Shown: positions 58,310-64,000 of the stretch, piece by piece
Numbering within the stretch: the stretch's first letter is position 1
Layout of the letters: each line of letters starts with the position of its first letter
Translations under genes and position numbers: made by a program
Assembly (NCBI GenBank): GCA_965248755.1
Contig: OZ252149.1
Coordinates: forward strand, 64,001 to 128,000
Direction of reading: 5' to 3'
DNA: 64,000 nt
From: Candidatus Latescibacterota bacterium
GTDB lineage: Bacteria > Latescibacterota > CBDEFO01
The notes under the pieces: model-generated
The model's input: the letters and a program-made list of their open reading frames with translations, nothing else
Databases searched by the model: none
What the model was told of the DNA's origin: nothing

Positions 58310-60736
58310 TTGCCGTTTTGGACTCTCATAGCGCTAATAATTCTCCTTTCAAAACCTTTGATGTATGAATCGACCTGCGCTCAAGGATACATGTCCCCGA
58401 TTGAATCTATCGCGGATGATGCAAGAAAGGTCGAAAAAGTGAGTAAGGGGTTATCAACTGATGTCCAATACTCTGCAAGGGACAGCGTCCTCTACGACAT
58501 AGAAAGAGGCGTAATATATCTTATGGGTAATGCCAAGGTAAATTACGGAAAAATGGAGCTTTCTGCCGAGAGGATCACTTATTATGTGAACGATCAGTCC
58601 ATCCAGGCAAAGGGGGTCCAGGATTCGACCGGAAAGATGGTAGGGACCCCAGTCTTCAGGGACGGGAGTGAGACATTCGGCGGTCTGGAGATAACGTACA
58701 ATCTGAAAACGGAAAGGGGCACGATCATTCAGGGTAATACGGAGTTTCAAAAGGGATTCTATCTGGGACAGAAGATAAGGAAGGTAGCGCCCAAGGTGCT
58801 TAATGTGGATAGCGGTAAATTCACCACGTGCGATCTGGTTGTGGGGGATAAAGAGCCCCATTACGACTTCTACAGCAGTAAGATGAAGATAATAGAAGAC
58901 GATAAGGTCATAGTCAAGCCAGTGATATTCAGGATAGACGGCGTACCGATTATGTGGTTTCCCTTTCTCATATTTCCCATAAAGAAGGGTAGGCATTCGG
59001 GAATTACCACCCCCAGTTACGAGAGCAATAGTCTGGATGGCAGGCTTGTAAAGAATTTAGGATATTACTGGGCGGCAAACCAATACTGGGACACTACCTT
59101 CAGGAGCACCTTCAGGGAGAAAACGGGCTTATTTCTTGAGGCGGATCTAAGATACGCCCTTAGATACCACTTCAAAGGATCACTCAACCTCGACTTTGAA
59201 AACAGGACCAGAAGTGGCAAGACCACAACAAGAGAATGGAGGCTGAACTTCCAGCACTCACAGCCTATAGGCAGGACAATGAGCCTGAGGGGGAGCGGAA
59301 GCTTTGTCAGCAACAGGAATTTCAACAGTGAAAACAGTCATAATCTCTTCGACAGATTGCAACGAACGCTGAGATCCCATATTACGTTCAATAAAAGATG
59401 GAGGACCTCCGGAAACAGCGTAGAGATCAGGATGAGGCACGAGAAGAACCTGACAACGTCCGAGACGATCTTTGAGGCTCCGACTGTATCGTTCAGGAAA
59501 AATAGGAAGCCCATATTTGGGAGAGATAATGAGCGTTCAAGGAGTTTTAAGTCGAACGATCAGGACTCAGATCGCCCCAGATGGTACAATTCGATCTTCT
59601 ATTCCTACAGCGGTAACATAAACAATACGAGGAGAAAAAGGCTGAATACGTTTCGGACAGATCACAGACTGAACATCACAAGTCAGCAGAAGCTCCTACG
59701 GTGGCTCAGCGTAACGCCCAATTTCAGTACGAGACAAAGGTGGACAAGAAGCCCGGACGGACTTTATACCAGGAGTGAGTCGTACTCGACTTCCGCATCT
59801 TCTAACACCACATTCTACGGACTCTTCAATATAAGCATAGGGAGGCTCAAGGCAGTAAGGCACGTAGCCAAGCCGAGTCTTTCGTTGAGCTACTCCAGAA
59901 TCGTAACCGATACGACTTTTACAGCAACAGGAGGCAGATTCGGCTTTGGCGGAAAAAGAAACGTGGGCGATCCCAGAAAGACCCTGAGCATGCGGTTAGG
60001 GAATATACTCCAGGCCAAGACCGAAAAGGAGGGAAGGGAGAGAAACTTCGCTCTTATAACCTACGACCTTGCGACCAGCTACGACTTCGTAGAAGAAAGA
60101 CTTAGAGACTTAAGCACATCTCTTTCTATCAAACCTGTCAGGAGATTCGACGTCCGTATGAGGGCTACGTACGATTTCTACCCCGATGACCGACGGGATC
60201 TCTTTTTGCCCGATCTGAAGCGCCTGAGTGTAACTTCGGTTTTGAGGCTGAATGGTGGAGGAAGAAGGAAGACGAAGGAGAGAAAAGACGCCGAGGAATT
60301 TGATTCGAGCATGAGCGATGCTCTGATAGCCCCTCGCTACGGCGTCAACTCCACAGGGGCCACGTTTGAGGATAATTTCGACGAAACCTTTCTGGAAGGA
60401 GGCAGACCCTGGCGCCTCAACTTTTCCCACACGTACTCAATAAACAGGAGATCGTTCTTCACGTCCAAAACATCGTGGTTGAAAGGCTCTACAAGCTTAA
60501 ATCTGACCCGCAACTGGCGCATGGACTACTCGTTTAACATCAATTTAAACCCTGACCCCGGGGAGGACAGGATCACAGGACAGAGCTATTCGTTTTACAG
60601 AGACCTTCACGGTTGGGAGGCGAGGTTCCGCTGGACACCCTCCGGCGTGAGAAACGGGTACTTCTTCAAGATAAATATCAAGGAGCTTCCACAGGTCAAA
60701 TTCGAAAGGAGACAGGGGGTGGGAAGGTTCCAATGA
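58310..60736 (+). CDS. lptD: Putative LPS-assembly outer-membrane protein
   Basis: YSARDSV, GNAKVNYG, FTTCD...PHY, GRHSG...P, GYYWA, barrel strands, YRDLHGWEARF. Start uncertain (58277-58310). Confidence 0.85.
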   Translation: MPFWTLIALIILLSKPLMYESTCAQGYMSPIESIADDARKVEKVSKGLSTDVQYSARDSVLYDIERGVIYLMGNAKVNYGKMELSAERITYYVNDQSIQAKGVQDSTGKMVGTPVFRDGSETFGGLEITYNLKTERGTIIQGNTEFQKGFYLGQKIRKVAPKVLNVDSGKFTTCDLVVGDKEPHYDFYSSKMKIIEDDKVIVKPVIFRIDGVPIMWFPFLIFPIKKGRHSGITTPSYESNSLDGRLVKNLGYYWAANQYWDTTFRSTFREKTGLFLEADLRYALRYHFKGSLNLDFENRTRSGKTTTREWRLNFQHSQPIGRTMSLRGSGSFVSNRNFNSENSHNLFDRLQRTLRSHITFNKRWRTSGNSVEIRMRHEKNLTTSETIFEAPTVSFRKNRKPIFGRDNERSRSFKSNDQDSDRPRWYNSIFYSYSGNINNTRRKRLNTFRTDHRLNITSQQKLLRWLSVTPNFSTRQRWTRSPDGLYTRSESYSTSASSNTTFYGLFNISIGRLKAVRHVAKPSLSLSYSRIVTDTTFTATGGRFGFGGKRNVGDPRKTLSMRLGNILQAKTEKEGRERNFALITYDLATSYDFVEERLRDLSTSLSIKPVRRFDVRMRATYDFYPDDRRDLFLPDLKRLSVTSVLRLNGGGRRKTKERKDAEEFDSSMSDALIAPRYGVNSTGATFEDNFDETFLEGGRPWRLNFSHTYSINRRSFFTSKTSWLKGSTSLNLTRNWRMDYSFNINLNPDPGEDRITGQSYSFYRDLHGWEARFRWTPSGVRNGYFFKINIKELPQVKFERRQGVGRFQ
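58394..58416. repeat. 23-bp palindrome copy inside lptD
   Basis: tccccgattgaatctatcgcgga; encodes SPIESIAD. Confidence 0.75.
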
Positions 60737-61176
60737 AAGTTTTAGTACAGAGGGTCCAAAGGGCAGCCGTCTCGATAGATGGAAACGTGGCATCCAAGAT
60801 CGGTAAGGGACTGGTCCTTTTGGTTGGTGTAGGAATGGAAGATGACATAGAAGATGTCCATTTTGCAGCGGAAAAATGCTCGAACTTAAGGATATTCGAG
60901 GACGATGATGGGAAAATGAACCTCTCTGTTCTGGACATCGGTGGTGAACTCTTGGTTATCTCACAGTTCACACTCTACGCGGACACGAAGAAGGGCAGGA
61001 GACCTAACTTCACGGATGCGGCTCCTTCCCAGAAGGCGTCACAGCTATACAATATATTCGTGGACATTCTTAAGGAGAGGGACCTTAAGGTGAAGACAGG
61101 AGTCTTCGGGGAAAGGATGTTAGTGGAGATACTCAACGACGGGCCTGTGACACTTATGGTGGAAAGCTCCAAGTAA
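60733..61176 (+). CDS. dtd: D-aminoacyl-tRNA deacylase
   Basis: MKVLVQRV, LRIFED, SQFTL, KGRRP, NDGPVT. Confidence 0.96.
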   Translation: MKVLVQRVQRAAVSIDGNVASKIGKGLVLLVGVGMEDDIEDVHFAAEKCSNLRIFEDDDGKMNLSVLDIGGELLVISQFTLYADTKKGRRPNFTDAAPSQKASQLYNIFVDILKERDLKVKTGVFGERMLVEILNDGPVTLMVESSK

Positions 61177-61322
61177 GTAAACAGCAAACAGTAGCCCCCG
61201 ATAGATTCAATCGGGGGCAGACAGGGAAAGACAGACATGAGTAGAAATTCGGAGAGGCGAACCCGTGTGTTCGCACAGCAGATAGAGAGATTGCTTCGGC
61301 GCTTTGAGCCCTTTGCAATGAC
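61177..61322. repeat. Composite repeat cluster (heptamers, 23-bp palindrome at 61195-61217, REP halves)
   Basis: gtaaacagcaaacagtag-cccccgatagattcaatcggggg...gaggcgaacccgtgtgttcgc...gagattgcttcgg...gcaatgac. Confidence 0.75.
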
Positions 61323-61367
61323 TTAAGCTCGAAGCCATCCAATCTTGTGGACCGGGAAAGAGACAAA

Positions 61368-61973
61368 ATGAGTCAAAAGGTGGTGCCACCACTCCGTATA
61401 GATAAGATAGTTCTGGCTTCAGAATCTCCTCGCCGCGCAGAGCTCCTTAAATTGGCAGGTATCCCCTTTAGTGTTCTTCCGAGCGGAATCTCCGAAGATG
61501 AAAAAGTCTTTGATGACCCTGTAGAGCACGTTTTAGAGCTTTCTCGACGGAAGGCGCAGAATGTAGCGCTAAAGGTAGCAGGAGGCCTTATCCTGGGGGC
61601 CGATACTATCGTCGTCCTGGAGGGAAGCACAATCGGAAAACCTCAAAACCGTGGTGAAGCGGCGGATATACTCTCCCGACTCTCGGGAAACGAGCATCGG
61701 GTATTCACAGGAATGACACTTTTAGATACGGACAAGAACAAATGTGTTTCGGACGTTGTCATCACGTCAGTCAGGATGAGAAAGATGTCAACGGATGAGA
61801 TAAGGAAATATATAGATACGAGGGAACCCATGGACAAAGCGGGAGCCTACGGCATTCAGGGAAAAGGCTCCGTGTTCATCGAAAGCGTCTGCGGCTGTTA
61901 TTACAACGTCATGGGTCTGCCTATCTCCAAGTTAGTCCTGATGCTCAGGAAGATGGGCTACGAAATATGGTGA
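61368..61973 (+). CDS. maf: Maf family nucleoside triphosphate pyrophosphatase
   Basis: LASESPRR, GADTIV, GKP, DKAGAYGIQG, NVMGLP. Confidence 0.95.
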   Translation: MSQKVVPPLRIDKIVLASESPRRAELLKLAGIPFSVLPSGISEDEKVFDDPVEHVLELSRRKAQNVALKVAGGLILGADTIVVLEGSTIGKPQNRGEAADILSRLSGNEHRVFTGMTLLDTDKNKCVSDVVITSVRMRKMSTDEIRKYIDTREPMDKAGAYGIQGKGSVFIESVCGCYYNVMGLPISKLVLMLRKMGYEIW

Positions 61974-61987
61974 TTGATCGAAAAGCA

Positions 61988-64000
61988 ATGCACACGGATA
62001 GGAATATATACGCGCAGGTGGTCTTGCCTCTGGCTTTAAAAGAAGAGCTCACCTACCTAGTCCCCGCGTCCTTAGAAGATAGAGCCAAAGTCGGCAGCCG
62101 TGTGGTCGTGCCCCTAGGTGAGCGAATAGTGACGGGGTTTATAGTTGGTATATCGGGCAGGTCCGATATGAGGAATCATGAGTACATACTGGAAGCTCCC
62201 GATAAGATACCCCTCTTTAATGAAGAGATGCTCAAGCTTACAAATTGGATCTCAGATTACTATCTCTGTTCGTGGGGAGACGTCTTGAAATCGGCTCTAC
62301 CCTCCGGGATACACAGCCAGAGTTGGCGAAAGCTCATGCTTTTAAGGGACATGTCGGATGAGGAAATCCAAGAGTGCAGGAAACGGTCTCCCAGGCAGGC
62401 TGATATATTGAAGGCAGCCTCTCAAAAGAACGAGATAAGTTTCCATCAATTGAGGAGGCTCCTTGGCAGTCCTGGTCTATATTCTGCAGCTTACGACCTG
62501 AAACGTAAGGGCTATGTGGAGATAAAACACAAGATTAGAGGACCCAGGGTTAAGATCAAAAGCGAAAAGGTGGTATCTCTGGTCGCAGGGGATGCGGAGA
62601 CGATAGAGGCACAGATTGCAGGTATAGAGCGCAGGGCTCCTAAGGGAGCAGAGTGTCTGCGCATATTATGGGAAAACGACGGGATAATGTCGTGGAGACA
62701 CCTAAGGAAAAAGGAGATAGGTACAGGGACGATAAAGAGTCTGAAAAAGAGTAACTTAGTAAAGATCCATCTTAAAGAGATCGTACGAGATCCGTTCGCC
62801 CATCTAAATGTGGAAGAACCTACAGACCTGAAGCTTACAGAAGCTCAAAGAGGTGCTCTGAGAGCGATCACGGATGCGATAGATAAGGGCGTATTTAAGG
62901 GCATCCTGATGCACGGGATAACGGACAGCGGCAAGACGCTTGTGTATATAGAGGCCATCAGCAGGATCGTCGAAAGGAGAGAAGGCGCCATCGTTTTGGT
63001 GCCGGAGATCTCACTGACCCCTCAGACTGTCAGGAGGTTCAAGTCTAATTTCGGGGATAAGGTAGCTGTCCTGCACAGCCATATGTCTGATGGAGAGAGA
63101 TACGATGCGTGGAGGAAGATAAAGGATGGCGAGCGTCCGATAGCTGTTGGAGCGCGCTCTGCGATATTTGCTCCCGTGAAAAAATTGGGTCTGATAGTGG
63201 TTGATGAGGAGCACGACTCGTCGTACAAGCAGGATACACTTCCGAGGTACAACGCCAGAGACGTGGCGTTGATGCGGGGCAAGATCGAAAACGCCGTGGT
63301 GGTCCTGGGATCGGCGACTCCCAGTTTAGAATCGTATCACAATAGCCAGAACGGGAAGCTCCTCCGTTTGGAACTGCCGGACAGGGTAGATAACAGGATA
63401 CTGCCGAAGGTGACGATTGTAGATATGAAGCAGGAGGCACAAGGTGGGAGCACCCCCATCTTTTCGGGGACTCTGATGGAGAAGATCTCCGGCGTCTTAG
63501 ATAGAGGTGAAAAGATCATACTCCTCCAGAACAGGAGGGGTTATTCCCCCTTCATACAGTGCCGTGAGTGCGGCTTCGTCTTCATGTGTAAAAGGTGCAG
63601 GGTTTCACTTACGTATCATTCCACCTCAAGCATAAAGTGCATACTATGCCACTATTGCGGGTTCACAAGCCGAGTCCCGACCACCTGCCCTGACTGTCTC
63701 GGATACAAGTTGAACTACAGGGGCGTGGGGACTCAGCGAGTGGAGGATGTCCTGAAAGGACACTTTCCGAACGCTCGGGTGCTGAGGATGGACATTGACA
63801 CGACCAGGTTCAAAGGCGCTCACGACACGATATTGGAGAGCTTCAGAAAGGGCGAGGCGGACGTTCTACTGGGAACGCAGATGATCTCTAAGGGGCTCGA
63901 CTTTCCGGCAGTTACGCTAGTGGGTGTCATCTCCGCCGATACGGCGCTGAATCTTCCGGACTTCAGATCCAGCGAAAGGACATTTCAACTTCTGACTCAG
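61988..64000 (+). CDS. priA: Primosomal protein N' (replication-restart helicase), 3' truncated by window
   Basis: Manual translation: YAQVVLP...LTYLVP, Walker A GITDSGKT, LVPEISLTPQ, GARSAIFAP, VDEEHD, GSATPS, NRRGY, CRECG/CHYCG Zn finger, GTQMISKGLDFP. Absent from the ORF track because there is no stop in the window. Confidence 0.96.
   Translation, partial: MHTDRNIYAQVVLPLALKEELTYLVPASLEDRAKVGSRVVVPLGERIVTGFIVGISGRSDMRNHEYILEAPDKIPLFNEEMLKLTNWISDYYLCSWGDVLKSALPSGIHSQSWRKLMLLRDMSDEEIQECRKRSPRQADILKAASQKNEISFHQLRRLLGSPGLYSAAYDLKRKGYVEIKHKIRGPRVKIKSEKVVSLVAGDAETIEAQIAGIERRAPKGAECLRILWENDGIMSWRHLRKKEIGTGTIKSLKKSNLVKIHLKEIVRDPFAHLNVEEPTDLKLTEAQRGALRAITDAIDKGVFKGILMHGITDSGKTLVYIEAISRIVERREGAIVLVPEISLTPQTVRRFKSNFGDKVAVLHSHMSDGERYDAWRKIKDGERPIAVGARSAIFAPVKKLGLIVVDEEHDSSYKQDTLPRYNARDVALMRGKIENAVVVLGSATPSLESYHNSQNGKLLRLELPDRVDNRILPKVTIVDMKQEAQGGSTPIFSGTLMEKISGVLDRGEKIILLQNRRGYSPFIQCRECGFVFMCKRCRVSLTYHSTSSIKCILCHYCGFTSRVPTTCPDCLGYKLNYRGVGTQRVEDVLKGHFPNARVLRMDIDTTRFKGAHDTILESFRKGEADVLLGTQMISKGLDFPAVTLVGVISADTALNLPDFRSSERTFQLLTQ

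Noticed and set aside
62912..62940. PriA Walker A variant GITDSGKT as an inactivating change
   Set aside because: It still fits GxxxxGKT, and all other helicase motifs are intact.

Overview
This 64 kb bacterial window is probably from a diderm organism of the FCB/Latescibacterota/Poribacteria type. That is an inference from the FG-GAP+FlgD-type secreted protein, the many PhyH dioxygenases and the LptD-like gene. Housekeeping blocks (TPR-fabI-ECF transporter; glnB-lptD-dtd-maf-priA) alternate with catabolic accessory blocks (partial iol cluster, enolase-superfamily dehydratases, four PhyH dioxygenases, DapA-like lyases, uxuA), an M16 peptidase pair and an E. coli-type frdABCD operon. The standout is a co-oriented minus-strand cluster of about 15 kb (8339-23093). 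It encodes an apparently POTRA-less Omp85 barrel, a lipoprotein metallophosphoesterase, a lipoprotein with atypical (PI3/PI4K/HipA/CotH-like) kinase motifs, two NTT/TLC nucleotide translocases (one HEAT-fused), a detached cNMP-binding protein, two histidine kinases and a response regulator. This is a candidate extracytoplasmic, ATP-fuelled phosphorylation/dephosphorylation system. The intergenic DNA is rich in small selfish repeats: a 23-bp palindrome that nests in itself and sits inside three CDSs, GTAG-type REPs, and two MITEs with CTAA target duplications. There are also several pseudogenes and a relic integrative element (xis-like fragment plus a 102-bp inverted repeat). I recognised no rRNA, tRNA or CRISPR array. 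All product calls come from motif reading, not database searches.
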